A DNA stretch of 64,000 bases from Pyrinomonadaceae bacterium (GTDB lineage Bacteria; Acidobacteriota; Blastocatellia; Pyrinomonadales; Pyrinomonadaceae), in the NCBI GenBank assembly GCA_036400075.1, contig DASWLV010000225.1:500-64499 (forward strand), written 5' to 3'. The translations under genes were made by a program, and so were the position numbers. Position 1 is the first letter of the stretch; each line of letters begins with the position of its first letter. This document shows, one piece after another, positions 8,626-18,060 of this stretch. The notes beneath the pieces are model-generated. The model did no database searches and was not told the origin of the DNA. It was given only the letters and a program-made list of their open reading frames with translations.

Positions 8626-9114
8626 TTATGTTTCGACCGCTTTGGTTTTAACGCCGGCGAGATTTCCTTCGCCGTCAATTCCAACAATGTAAATATTAAT
8701 TTGTACGTCGCCGACTTTAAAGACCTTTGCGTTCTTTAACTTTGTGGCGAGCAAATCCTTTAATTTCAAATATTTTTCAACCTGCGCTTTTTCTTCAACG
8801 CCAAACCAATCCTGCATTTCGGTCGGCTGTTTGAAAAACTCGTCCAAAGTTTTTTCCGCAGTTTTTGCGTCCGGCTTTTCTCCGGCGAATATTAAAACGC
8901 TTTCCGTTGAAACATCGTCGGCGGGCTTGTCTGTTTTCCAAATAAAGGCTTCAAAACCTGCATCGGTTTCGCTGATATAAAACAAACCTTCGCTGGCGGC
9001 TTTTAAAATCGAAAATAATTCATCCGATTTGTTTCCGGGATTTGTTTCCGAAGATTTTTCTTCTGCAGATTTTTTTTCCGATTTCATTTTCGGGTTTCGA
9101 TTTTTTTTTCTCAT
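8626..9114 (-). CDS. nuiA: Nuclease A inhibitor (NuiA)-like protein with a Lys-rich N-terminal extension
   Basis: LKAASEGLFYISETDAGFEAFIW...DWF...KVFKVGDVQINIYIVGIDGEGNLAGVKTKAVET closely parallels Anabaena NuiA (…VYRLGEVELDVYVIGETPAGNLAGISTKVVET). Confidence 0.8.
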   Translation of the reverse strand: MRKKNRNPKMKSEKKSAEEKSSETNPGNKSDELFSILKAASEGLFYISETDAGFEAFIWKTDKPADDVSTESVLIFAGEKPDAKTAEKTLDEFFKQPTEMQDWFGVEEKAQVEKYLKLKDLLATKLKNAKVFKVGDVQINIYIVGIDGEGNLAGVKTKAVET

Positions 9115-9239
9115 CGGAGAAAATTTTTCACTTTTTGCAAATTGCTGTGAAGTCTAACATTTCGCCGTGTGCCTGCCAAATCAATTTTAAAGCAGATAAA
9201 ATCGCCAAATTTAAGTCAAATTATTTTACAAAAAAAACC

Positions 9240-9395
9240 TGTGGATAACTCTTGCATTTTAGTTTGATTTCGTGTTAGGCTTTGCCCCGTTTTGATGATT
9301 TTGATTGCTTGTAAATTATTGAAAGTAAAAGAGTTAAAGTAAAACTTTAGCTTTTCTAAACTTTTCCACAACCCTGTGGAAAAACCTGTGGAAAA
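9240..9395. promoter_or_regulatory. Upstream DnaA-box cluster (left part of a bipartite oriC / dnaA autoregulation region)
   Basis: Boxes are TGTGGATAA 9240-9248 (perfect reverse complement of TTATCCACA), TTTTCCACA 9362-9370, and TGTGGAAAA at 9375-9383 and 9387-9395. An AT-rich tract lies between them. Confidence 0.7.
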
Positions 9396-9541
9396 CTTTT
9401 CGGAAGCGGAGTTTTCTACCTTGTTTTTTAGTTACTTGCGCAGTTGAAGGAAATGTTTTTGATGAACGGCGAAAGACGAAAATTTTGAGTAATTTTTTTT
9501 AGACGATTCAATTATTAAAAATGAATTTTGGAGATAAAAAT

Positions 9542-11029
9542 ATGACACCCTCGGCGGAACAACAAATATGGAGCAATGTCCTGCAATCGGTTGAGCGAAG
9601 AATCAACCGGCACATTTTCGACACTTGGTTTCGCCCGATACAGTTTGAGGGCTGCGACCACGCGCAAGGCGTAGTACGGCTGCACGCGCCGAGTAAAGTC
9701 AGTAAAGACTGGATTAGCAGCAATTATTCAGACCTTTTAAATCATTCACTTAAAGAAATGAACTTGGGCAGCTACCGTTTTGATTGGAGCTGGGATGATA
9801 CCGAAACCGAACGGCTCGCCGAAGAAAGCTCGCGCAATGATCTGGAAGAAGACGGCGGCGAAACCGGATCAAAATTTGTTTCAAGTCAATTGCCTGCGAC
9901 AAACGGCAACGGCAAAACGACTAATCTTTTTTCAATTCTCGAATCGGTCGAAGCGGAAACCATCAAATCGGCAGCGCCGACGACTTTTGTGGACATTGAG
10001 CCGGTCGAGCTATCTTTAAGCCATAAATACACTTTCGGGACTTTCGTCGTCGGCTCTTGCAACCAGTTTGCCCACGCCGCCAGCTTAGCCATCGCTGAAG
10101 CTCCGGGCAAAACCTACAATCCTTTATATATCTACGGCGGAGTCGGTTTGGGAAAAACTCATCTGATGCACGCTGCCGGTCATGCGATTAAAGAACGCAA
10201 TCGCCATCTGCGCGTGTCTTATATTTCGGCGGAAAAGTTTATGAATGAGTTAATTAACGCGATTCGTTACGATAAAACTCAAACTTTCCGCGAAAAGTAT
10301 CGCTCCATTGATGTTCTCCTGATGGACGACATTCAATTTATGGCTGGCAAGGAGCGCACGCAGGAAGAGTTTTTTCATACATTTAACGCGCTTTACGACA
10401 AACAAAAACAAATCGTGATCAGTTCGGACTGCCCGCCGCGGGAAATTCCGACTCTCGAAGAACGTCTGCACTCGCGTTTTGAATGGGGCTTGATTGCGGA
10501 CATCGAGCCGCCGGATTTGGAAACGAAAGTCGCCATCCTAAGACGCAAAGCCGATTTGGACGGAGTTGATTTGCCGGATGAAGTCGCGCTCTTTGTCGCC
10601 TCGAAAGTTAAAAACAACATCCGCGAGCTTGAAGGCTCACTCGTTCGTCTTGTGGCAATTTCATCTTTGCGAGGTTTGCCGATTTCCAAACTTCTCGCGC
10701 AAGACGCGATTCGCAATATTTCCGATAGCTCTAAGCCGGACGGAATTACGATGGACAAGATTGAAAAAACAGTGGCAATGCACTACCGGTTATCAATCGA
10801 AGAGTTAAAGTCAAAAAACAACTCTCGACAAGTTGCAGTGCCGCGACAAGTCGCAATGTATCTGTGTAAGCGCTTGACAAGACATAGTTTCCCGGAAATC
10901 GGGCGCGAATTTGGCGGAAAGCATCACACAACCGTTATTCATTCTTGCGAAAAGATAAATTCATTAATTCAGGAGGATAAAAATTTCCACAGGGTAGTTT
11001 CCGAGCTAATTGACAATCTTTGCAGTTAG
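9542..11029 (+). CDS. dnaA: Chromosomal replication initiator protein DnaA
   Basis: It has the Walker [28 protein letters not shown] and the C-terminal [18 protein letters not shown] 9542 has GGAGA 7 nt upstream. ATG 9521 is an alternative start. Confidence 0.95.
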   Translation: MTPSAEQQIWSNVLQSVERRINRHIFDTWFRPIQFEGCDHAQGVVRLHAPSKVSKDWISSNYSDLLNHSLKEMNLGSYRFDWSWDDTETERLAEESSRNDLEEDGGETGSKFVSSQLPATNGNGKTTNLFSILESVEAETIKSAAPTTFVDIEPVELSLSHKYTFGTFVVGSCNQFAHAASLAIAEAPGKTYNPLYIYGGVGLGKTHLMHAAGHAIKERNRHLRVSYISAEKFMNELINAIRYDKTQTFREKYRSIDVLLMDDIQFMAGKERTQEEFFHTFNALYDKQKQIVISSDCPPREIPTLEERLHSRFEWGLIADIEPPDLETKVAILRRKADLDGVDLPDEVALFVASKVKNNIRELEGSLVRLVAISSLRGLPISKLLAQDAIRNISDSSKPDGITMDKIEKTVAMHYRLSIEELKSKNNSRQVAVPRQVAMYLCKRLTRHSFPEIGREFGGKHHTTVIHSCEKINSLIQEDKNFHRVVSELIDNLCS

Positions 11030-11052
11030 TTAAAGGAAATTACCGGAAAAAG

Positions 11053-11437
11053 ATTTCCACAGGTAAAAGATGTTTAAACCTGTGTTTAGTTAAACTATTT
11101 CTGTAATTAAACAATTTTTTTCCACATTTCCACAGGCTGTTAAAATTTTGCCCTGTGGAAATTGTGGAAAACTCTCTGTGGAAAAAGTTATCCACAGGCG
11201 GAGCTGTTTTTTCCACAGCATTATCCACAGGGTTTTCCACAGGTCTTTCCGATGTAAAATTACTTTATGCAATAATTTAACAAAAGTTTTCCACATTTCC
11301 ACAGCCCCTACTACTACTACTAATATAAAAAGAGAAAATATGTATTTAGTTAAAGTAGTAAAAAGGCGTCGCAAGTTAAGTTAAAAATCGAACATTTTTT
11401 AGGCAATAATAAAAGCAATAAAAAGGAGTCAAAAATA
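11053..11437. other. oriC core: 12 DnaA boxes followed by an AT-rich unwinding region in the dnaA-dnaN spacer
   Basis: Boxes start at 11053, 11118, 11126 (forward), 11154, 11163, 11177 (reverse), and 11188, 11209, 11221, 11233, 11287, 11295 (forward). The perfect TTATCCACA copies are at 11188 and 11221. After 11304 comes an AT-rich stretch with tactactactac and no credible ORF. Confidence 0.85.
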
Positions 11438-12553
11438 ATGGAGTTTGTAATTAGCCAGGAAGCTCTCAAAAATGAATTAGGATTTGTTCAGGGAATCGTT
11501 GAGCGAAAAAACACGATTCCGGTATTGGCAAACATCTTGATCGAATCAATCGGCGAAAACACGATTCGCATCACCGGGACGGATTTGGACGTGACGATTC
11601 GCTGCGAGGCAGAAGCGGAAATAAAAACGAGCGGAGCAATGTGTATTTCCGCCAGAAAGCTTTTCGATATTGTTCGCCTGCTGCCGGACGCGCAGGTGAA
11701 ATTCAAAACAGATGAGAACGATTGGGTAAAGGTCGAATGCGGACGCTACAACAGCCGTCTCGCGGGCGTTGGGCGCGAACAGTTCCCTGAAGTCCCAGCT
11801 TTCAAATCAGCGCCGCTACGCCTGCCTTCAGAGCTTTTCCGCAATTTCATCAAACATACGGCTTTTGCCATCACGCAGGAACAATCACGTTTCACTTTGT
11901 CGGGCGCAAAATTTATGCTCGCCGCCGACGGCGCGCGGATGGTAACAACCGATGGTCACCGGCTGGCATTTATCGAAAAGAACGATTTAGGAGAAGCCGC
12001 GCCGGCGGAAGCGATTGACGTGCTGATTCCGAAAAAGACTTTGAGCGAATTGACCAAGCTCGCTGAAACGGCGACCGGGGACATTGCGCTCGGCGAAGAC
12101 TCGAATCACATTTATTTTGAAGTCGGCTCGCGCCTGCTCGTTTCCAGAAAACTGACCGGGCAGTTTCCGAATTACGAAATGGTGATGCCGAAAAACAACG
12201 ACAAAACGGCGCGATTCGACGCGGCGGAATTTAATAATGCGCTGCGCCGCGTCTCATTAATGTCCGACGAGCGGACAAAAGCCGTTAAACTGGAATTTAA
12301 ATCGGGAGTTATTCAAATCGGCGCGAGCGCGGCTGAAGAAGGCGAAGCAATCGAAGAAATTGCGACGGATTATGAAGGCGAAGATGTCGTAATCGGTTTT
12401 AACTCGCAATATCTTCAGGAATTCTTTAATGTCGTGCGCGAAGGCGCGGTAGCTTTTGAGTTCAAAGACGGAAACGCGCAGGGACAGCTTGTTCCCGTCG
12501 TCGAAGAATCGGCTTACGATTACAAATACATTGTTATGCCAATGCGCGTTTGA
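11438..12553 (+). CDS. dnaN: DNA polymerase III beta sliding clamp
   Basis: It sits directly after dnaA/oriC with AAGGAG upstream. ILANILIE, TGTDLDV, TDGHRLA and the C-terminal YIVMPMRV fit the clamp. Confidence 0.95.
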   Translation: MEFVISQEALKNELGFVQGIVERKNTIPVLANILIESIGENTIRITGTDLDVTIRCEAEAEIKTSGAMCISARKLFDIVRLLPDAQVKFKTDENDWVKVECGRYNSRLAGVGREQFPEVPAFKSAPLRLPSELFRNFIKHTAFAITQEQSRFTLSGAKFMLAADGARMVTTDGHRLAFIEKNDLGEAAPAEAIDVLIPKKTLSELTKLAETATGDIALGEDSNHIYFEVGSRLLVSRKLTGQFPNYEMVMPKNNDKTARFDAAEFNNALRRVSLMSDERTKAVKLEFKSGVIQIGASAAEEGEAIEEIATDYEGEDVVIGFNSQYLQEFFNVVREGAVAFEFKDGNAQGQLVPVVEESAYDYKYIVMPMRV

Positions 12554-12576
12554 TGAAATTTGAAAATTTAAAATTT

Positions 12577-12613
12577 ATGGCTGACATTGGAGAAATGTCA
12601 GCCATTATTTTCT
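12577..12613. terminator. Hairpin plus T-run after dnaN (shared with the convergent icd-like gene)
   Basis: atggctgacat (12577-12587) pairs with atgtcagccat (12595-12605), followed by tattttct. Confidence 0.6.
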
Positions 12614-12673
12614 GTTAAATTTAGCGGGATGAAAATTAATCGTTCATTATTGGTTTAATTCCCGACAGCTTGC

Positions 12674-13711
12674 TCAGGATTTGCTTTTCTCCCCCGCGCT
12701 TTTTCCCGAATTCATTTTTTCGATAATCGCTGCGGCAAATTCCGAGGTTTTCGATTCGCCGCCGATGTCTTTAGTGCGGACTTTTCCTTCGCGGAAAACT
12801 TCGAACATTGCGTTTTCGATTTTGTCAGCCGCTTTGCGCTCGCCCATATGCCGGAGCATTAAAATCGAAGATTGCAAAATGGCGGTCGGATTTGCCAAAC
12901 CTTGTCCGGCAATATCCGGCGCGGAACCGTGAACTGCTTCAAAAACCGCGCCTTGTTCGCCGATGTTCGCGCCCGGAACAAGTCCGAGACCGCCAACCAA
13001 ACCGGCGCATAAATCTGACAAAATATCGCCGTACAGATTTTCCATCACCATAATGTCAAACTGCTCCGGTCTCATTACGAGCTGCATACAGGCATTGTCA
13101 ACGATTTTGTCATCGGCTTCGATTTCGGGAAAATCTTTCGCCACTTTATAAAAACATTCGAGAAACAGCCCGTCGGACAATTTCATAATGTTGGCTTTGT
13201 GAACGGCTGTCACCTTTTTGCGCTTTTCTTTGCTCGCGTACTCGAATGCGTAGCGCGAAATGCGGGTTGAGGCTTTTTCCGTGATGATTTTCAGGCTTTC
13301 AACTACGCCCGGTATAATCGTGTGTTCGATTCCGGCGTACAAGCTTTCGGTGTTTTCGCGCACAATCACCAGATCGAGTTCGGGATAGCGCGACGGAACA
13401 TTCGGCAGAGCGCGCACCGGGCGCACATTGGCGTACAAATCCAGAGCCTTTCGCAAACCGACGTTTACCGACGTAAAACCTTTGCCAATCGGCGTGGTAA
13501 TCGGACCTTTGAGCGCGACTTTGTTGCGTTTCACGGATTCAAGGAGCGATTCGGGCAGCGTCGAGCCGTATTTTTCCAAAGCGTGCGCTCCGGCAAGCTG
13601 CGTTTCCCATTCGACATCAACGCCCGCTGCTTCAACGATTTGCACGGCTGCAGCGACCACTTCCGGTCCGATGCCGTCGCCCGGAATCAATGTAATTGTG
13701 TGTTTCGCCAT
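12674..13711 (-). CDS. icd: Isocitrate/isopropylmalate dehydrogenase family, likely NAD-dependent isocitrate dehydrogenase
   Basis: MAKHTITLIPGDGIGPEV, LYANVRPV, IVRENTE and GDILSDL are present. The start was taken at ATG 13711. Confidence 0.8.
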   Translation of the reverse strand: MAKHTITLIPGDGIGPEVVAAAVQIVEAAGVDVEWETQLAGAHALEKYGSTLPESLLESVKRNKVALKGPITTPIGKGFTSVNVGLRKALDLYANVRPVRALPNVPSRYPELDLVIVRENTESLYAGIEHTIIPGVVESLKIITEKASTRISRYAFEYASKEKRKKVTAVHKANIMKLSDGLFLECFYKVAKDFPEIEADDKIVDNACMQLVMRPEQFDIMVMENLYGDILSDLCAGLVGGLGLVPGANIGEQGAVFEAVHGSAPDIAGQGLANPTAILQSSILMLRHMGERKAADKIENAMFEVFREGKVRTKDIGGESKTSEFAAAIIEKMNSGKSAGEKSKS

Positions 13712-13752
13712 TTGTTTTTCCTTTTGCACGTTAAAATCCTATGTTTTTGATT

Positions 13753-14316
13753 TTAACCCAGAATTTTATCAACTTCGATTTGCAAATTCGGTACGCTTTC
13801 GGAACGAACTGTGTCGCCGCGCCGAAGAACTCGAATCAAACTGTAAACGCCGCCGCGCGGCTGGGTGTGAATTTCAATTGTTTCGTTTTGCACGTTGACA
13901 AGCCAAACTTCCGGTATTTCGGCTTCGGCATAAAGCGGCAGTTTTCGATTGCGGTCATATTCAAGGGTTGAATCGGAAACTTCGACAATCAGCAAAACTT
14001 CTGCTGGGCGCGGATGCCGCCTGCCTTCATATTTCGTTAAATCAGTTAAAGCCAGATCCGGTTCCGGTTCGTGATAATCCGAAAGTCGCACCGGATTTTG
14101 AACACTAACTAGAATGTCATCCGAAACATTTTTGACAAAGAACTTATTTAAAAAATTAACAACAGCAGCGTGCAAATCTCCGATAGACATTTTTTTGATT
14201 AACTCTCCGTCAATAATTTCCGCGTGTTCGTAGTCTTTGATAAATCCGAGTTCAAACATTTTGTAAAACTCGTCAACTGTGAACCGCAGACGCATCGGTT
14301 GTGGATAAGCCGTCAT
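13753..14316 (-). CDS. Uma2 family (DUF820) PD-(D/E)XK endonuclease
   Basis: FTVDEFYKM...AEIIDGELI...EPEPDLAL...LLIVEVSDSTLEYDRNRKLPLYAEAEIPEVWLVN is the classic Uma2 pattern. ATG 14316 has AGGTGA 8 nt upstream. GTG 14328 is an alternative start. Confidence 0.8.
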   Translation of the reverse strand: MTAYPQPMRLRFTVDEFYKMFELGFIKDYEHAEIIDGELIKKMSIGDLHAAVVNFLNKFFVKNVSDDILVSVQNPVRLSDYHEPEPDLALTDLTKYEGRRHPRPAEVLLIVEVSDSTLEYDRNRKLPLYAEAEIPEVWLVNVQNETIEIHTQPRGGVYSLIRVLRRGDTVRSESVPNLQIEVDKILG

Positions 14317-14340
14317 AAATCTCGTCACCTCGAAAACATT

Positions 14341-15777
14341 TTAATCAACCGGATTTGCCGTTTTCAATAATTCAAAGCCCTCAGAACGCGCGACAAATGT
14401 CGCAGCCGTTAAATCGCCGACGACATTTAAAGTTGTGCGGCACATATCAAGAATGCGGTCAACGCCCAGGATAATCGCAATCAGTGCCGGATTAACGCCG
14501 ATCATCGCCAGAATGCCGATGATAAACGGAATCGAGCCGGAAGGAACTCCGGCAGTTCCGATGCCGCCCAAAATCGCCAGATAAACAACCATCAATTGCT
14601 GACCGATGGTTAAATCAACGCCTGCAAGCTGCGCCAAAAATAAAACCGTGACGCCTTCGTAAAGAGCCGTGCCGTTTTGATTCGCCGTTGCGCCGACTGT
14701 TAAAACAAAGCTGTTGATTTGCGGCGGAACGCCCAAATTTTCTTCCGAAACTCTTAAAGCGGTGGGCAGAGTGGCATTTGATGAACTCGTCGAAAACGCC
14801 GTTACAATCACCAGCCAGATGCGGCGGAAAAAATCAACCGGATTAATGCGCGACAAAAACCAAACCGAGAGCGAATAGACACCGAAAAAGTGAATTCCGA
14901 GACCGAGCAGAACCGTCAAAATAAACGCGCCTAAAGTTCCCAGCAAATCAATACCGAACTTCGCCATATTGTTAAAAATCAAACAGGCGACTGCATACGG
15001 CGCGAATTTCATAATCATGTCAATAATTTTTGACGTGATCTGAAACAGCGACGCCATCCCGCTAACAAACGGCGCGGAAACTGGTTCGGGCAGCAAAGTT
15101 ATCGCAACGCCGACAATCAAAGCGAAAAACATCAAATGCAGCATATTTGGATTTTCGCCCGCAATCGAGTTGAAAACATTGCGCGGGACAATCGTTTTGA
15201 CCACCGACATCAGCGCCGAATCATTAGCAGCGGCTTGCTGCGCTTTTTGTGCAGATTCCAAGGTAGTTCCGGCTTGCGTTTTGTATCGCTCCTGAAGTTC
15301 GGCGGCTTTGTCCGGCGCAAGCCATTTTCCCGGCTGAATTGTGTTTGCCAGTCCCAAACCAATGACAACGGAGATCGCCGAAATAATCAGACAATACGCA
15401 AACGATTTGAACCCGACGCGCCCTAGTTTGCGAACATCGCCAATACCTGCCACGCCGACTACAAGAGATGAAAACACGAGCGGAACGACAATCATTAGCA
15501 ATAAATTGAGGAAAAGCTGCCCGATTGGTTCAGTGAAATTGCGAATTGTCCAATCAACGTTGGCAATCGAGGCTTCGCCGCCCGCTTTGCCGATTTGATT
15601 GACAATGAGTCCGGCGAGGACGCCGACGACCAAGCCGATTAAGATTTTCGTGTGCAGGGCGATTCCGCGCGGCTTGTCCCGGGTTTCGTCGTCCAAATCT
15701 GTTTCCAGCTCGCGTTCGTAGTTTTCGGAATATTCATTACGAGCGTCATCCTGTCGAACTTTTTGTTCTTCGTTCAT
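14341..15777 (-). CDS. Dicarboxylate/amino acid:cation symporter (DAACS/GltP family)
   Basis: It is polytopic, with SSSNATLP and GTALYEG motifs and a C-terminal NVVGDLTAA. Confidence 0.88.
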   Translation of the reverse strand: MNEEQKVRQDDARNEYSENYERELETDLDDETRDKPRGIALHTKILIGLVVGVLAGLIVNQIGKAGGEASIANVDWTIRNFTEPIGQLFLNLLLMIVVPLVFSSLVVGVAGIGDVRKLGRVGFKSFAYCLIISAISVVIGLGLANTIQPGKWLAPDKAAELQERYKTQAGTTLESAQKAQQAAANDSALMSVVKTIVPRNVFNSIAGENPNMLHLMFFALIVGVAITLLPEPVSAPFVSGMASLFQITSKIIDMIMKFAPYAVACLIFNNMAKFGIDLLGTLGAFILTVLLGLGIHFFGVYSLSVWFLSRINPVDFFRRIWLVIVTAFSTSSSNATLPTALRVSEENLGVPPQINSFVLTVGATANQNGTALYEGVTVLFLAQLAGVDLTIGQQLMVVYLAILGGIGTAGVPSGSIPFIIGILAMIGVNPALIAIILGVDRILDMCRTTLNVVGDLTAATFVARSEGFELLKTANPVD

Positions 15778-15889
15778 CTTTTGCCTTTCGCTCTGGGAAA
15801 ATAACTGCTCGCGGCATCATACAAATGCCGATGAAATATTTCAATCAGTATTTTTATTAAAAAGTTGGCGAAAGGAAGTTAAATGAAAA

Positions 15890-17173
15890 TCAATCAGCCG
15901 CGTTGACGTGATTTCTTTGGAGGGATTCGAGCGCTTTTTCGAGCGCGGCGTCGCGCCCCGCGCGAACGTCGCTACGGGTTAAGTTGAGCGTTTCGTCCGG
16001 CGCAATGCCGACGCCTTCGAGCCGGTCGCCGTTGGCGAGACGAAAATCAAGCTCGCTGATTTCGAGCTTGCCGCCGTCGGGCAAAGTGTGCTGACGCCGA
16101 ACGGCGAGAACGCAGCCGCAAGTCTGAGCGCCGATTACGCGCGCTCTGGAGGCGTTTTTGAGCGCGGCGACAAAAATTTCGGCGGCGCTGGCGGTTGCCG
16201 TTCCGGTCAAAACTACCAGCGGAGTTTTCGTGACTTTTTCGGAATTGACGATAAAAATCGGCGACTGGCGCGTTTCAGCTTCCTGCGCGACGCGACCGGC
16301 GCGGTCATAAAAATTGCCAATCGTAGTTTTTTCCGGCAGAAAAACCGAAGCCAAATCAACGCTCGCTTCGGTCACACCGCCGCGATTGGCGCGTAAATCC
16401 AAGACGATTCCGCGCAAATTGTCTCGATGCTGGCGCAGCGCGCCTAAAACCCGGCTGACGGTTTCGAGCGTGAAAACATCGAATCCGACGATTAAAATGC
16501 CGTTTTCTTTTTTAATGCGAACATCGGATTTTACTGTGCGCCACTCGCGCAGGAGATTGGCGCAGCGTTCTTTGGCGCGTTCTCGCTGCCAGCAAATTCG
16601 CACGCTTGAACCGACTTCGCCTTCAAAAAGCTTGGCGGCGGTTTGCAGACGATTGATTGCCGGAGTCGAAGCACCGCTTGTTTCCGCCAAACGTTTGTCA
16701 AAAAAATCGGTTGCCGCTACGCCGTCAACGCTCTTCAGCAAATCGCCCGGACGAACGCCGGTTTTTTCCGCCGCTGTATTTTTTTCAACTCTAGTGATGA
16801 TTAATTGATTTTCGACTTCGCGGACGGCGACGTTAATGCTGACGACGCGCGGCGCAATCCAGTTGGCGTCTTCGCCGGGAGCGAAAACTCTGGTGTGTGA
16901 ATCTTTTAAATTTCCCAGCATTTCACGCAAAACTCGGTAAAGCTCAGTCGAATTTTGCGCCGCCGCGCTTTTCTCTCGAAAATCATTGCGCTGCCCCGCC
17001 CAATCAATTCCGCGCAGTTTCGCATCGTAATAACGTTCTCGAACCGTCTCCCAAACTTCGTCGAAAACCGCCAGATTTTTTTCCGGCGAAACACCGTTTC
17101 GGGGCTGCGCCGGAACTGGCGAAAAAGCGAAAACAAAATGAATGATTAATGCAAAAGAGACAAAACGGCGCAT
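15890..17173 (-). CDS. S41 family C-terminal processing peptidase with a PDZ domain
   Basis: It has a signal peptide, a PDZ-like GVRPGDLLKSVDG, LDLRANRGG and TGTATASAAEIF. Confidence 0.85.
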   Translation of the reverse strand: MRRFVSFALIIHFVFAFSPVPAQPRNGVSPEKNLAVFDEVWETVRERYYDAKLRGIDWAGQRNDFREKSAAAQNSTELYRVLREMLGNLKDSHTRVFAPGEDANWIAPRVVSINVAVREVENQLIITRVEKNTAAEKTGVRPGDLLKSVDGVAATDFFDKRLAETSGASTPAINRLQTAAKLFEGEVGSSVRICWQRERAKERCANLLREWRTVKSDVRIKKENGILIVGFDVFTLETVSRVLGALRQHRDNLRGIVLDLRANRGGVTEASVDLASVFLPEKTTIGNFYDRAGRVAQEAETRQSPIFIVNSEKVTKTPLVVLTGTATASAAEIFVAALKNASRARVIGAQTCGCVLAVRRQHTLPDGGKLEISELDFRLANGDRLEGVGIAPDETLNLTRSDVRAGRDAALEKALESLQRNHVNAAD

Positions 17174-17178
17174 AAAAA

Positions 17179-18060
17179 TTAATCCTTCTTTTCGCGGGGG
17201 CGGCGAAAATTGTAACGCAGCACAAACCGAACGGGAATTGCGCTGCCGTTTCGCAAAGCCGGACGAAATTGCATCTTCTTAATTGTTTTGATCGTTTCTT
17301 CGTCTAATCCGAAACCCGCCCACCGAACGATTTCGACGTTTTCAACCCCGCCTGCGGCGTTTAAGTCAACGGCAGCTTCAACGGCAGCTTCAATTTCAAA
17401 ACGCGCTGCCGCGTCCGTGTAAGCCGGTTTCAGACTCTTATACGGCAAAGGCGTCCGAATGTTTTCATTTTCTGCAGTTTTCCCGAAAAATTCTAAAAAA
17501 TCGGAGATTTTTGGCGGCGCGGCGCGTTCTTCGCGCTCGCGCGCGGCTGCGATTTGCATTTGAGAGAGAAAACGCGCCGCGATTTCGTCAGCTTCGCGGA
17601 GAAGGTGTTTTTCCGCATCTTCCAATTTATCGGCTTCCTGTGCAGGATTTTCCCAGGCGATGAGTCGTCCGGTGCGCGCGCTGACGAGAAAAATATTGGC
17701 GTAAGATTCAAAATAAACGTCTTTTTTGAAAGACGAACGCCGAACCGTGTCGGATTTGACGACAAAAAAGAACTCGCAATCAATCGCCGCCCCTAAATTT
17801 TTCGCTTCTTCGAGCGAGAGATTAAACGGAGCTTTGTAGTTCAAGCCGCGCATTGCTGATAAGCTCAAATCTTCGTCAATCAGGCGAACGGAATTTTGCT
17901 TTGCCGCTTCGGCGCGAAACCGTTCGTGAAACTTCCGCCCGGTTTCTCCAACAGACAAAACCGCGATTTCAAAAGTTTGCCCCGAAGCGGAGGACGCAAG
18001 AAAAAGCGCACTGAAAACCACAGCCGCGACAGTTAAAATTTTGCCCCCGAAACCCATCAT
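17179..18060 (-). CDS. Secreted protein with a TonB C-terminal domain
   Basis: It has a signal peptide. The C-terminus PAYTDAAARFEIEAAVEAAVDLNAAGGVENVEIVRWAGFGLDEETIKTIKKMQFRPALRNGSAIPV resembles TonB_C. Its ATG overlaps the upstream stop (ATGA). Confidence 0.6.
   Translation of the reverse strand: MMGFGGKILTVAAVVFSALFLASSASGQTFEIAVLSVGETGRKFHERFRAEAAKQNSVRLIDEDLSLSAMRGLNYKAPFNLSLEEAKNLGAAIDCEFFFVVKSDTVRRSSFKKDVYFESYANIFLVSARTGRLIAWENPAQEADKLEDAEKHLLREADEIAARFLSQMQIAAAREREERAAPPKISDFLEFFGKTAENENIRTPLPYKSLKPAYTDAAARFEIEAAVEAAVDLNAAGGVENVEIVRWAGFGLDEETIKTIKKMQFRPALRNGSAIPVRFVLRYNFRRPREKKD

Noticed and set aside
9452-9487. 11-codon mini-ORF (MFLMNGERRKF*) with GAAGGAA upstream, in the dnaA leader
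   Set aside because: It is too short and has no supporting feature. It lies in the AT-rich origin/promoter region where such frames arise by chance.
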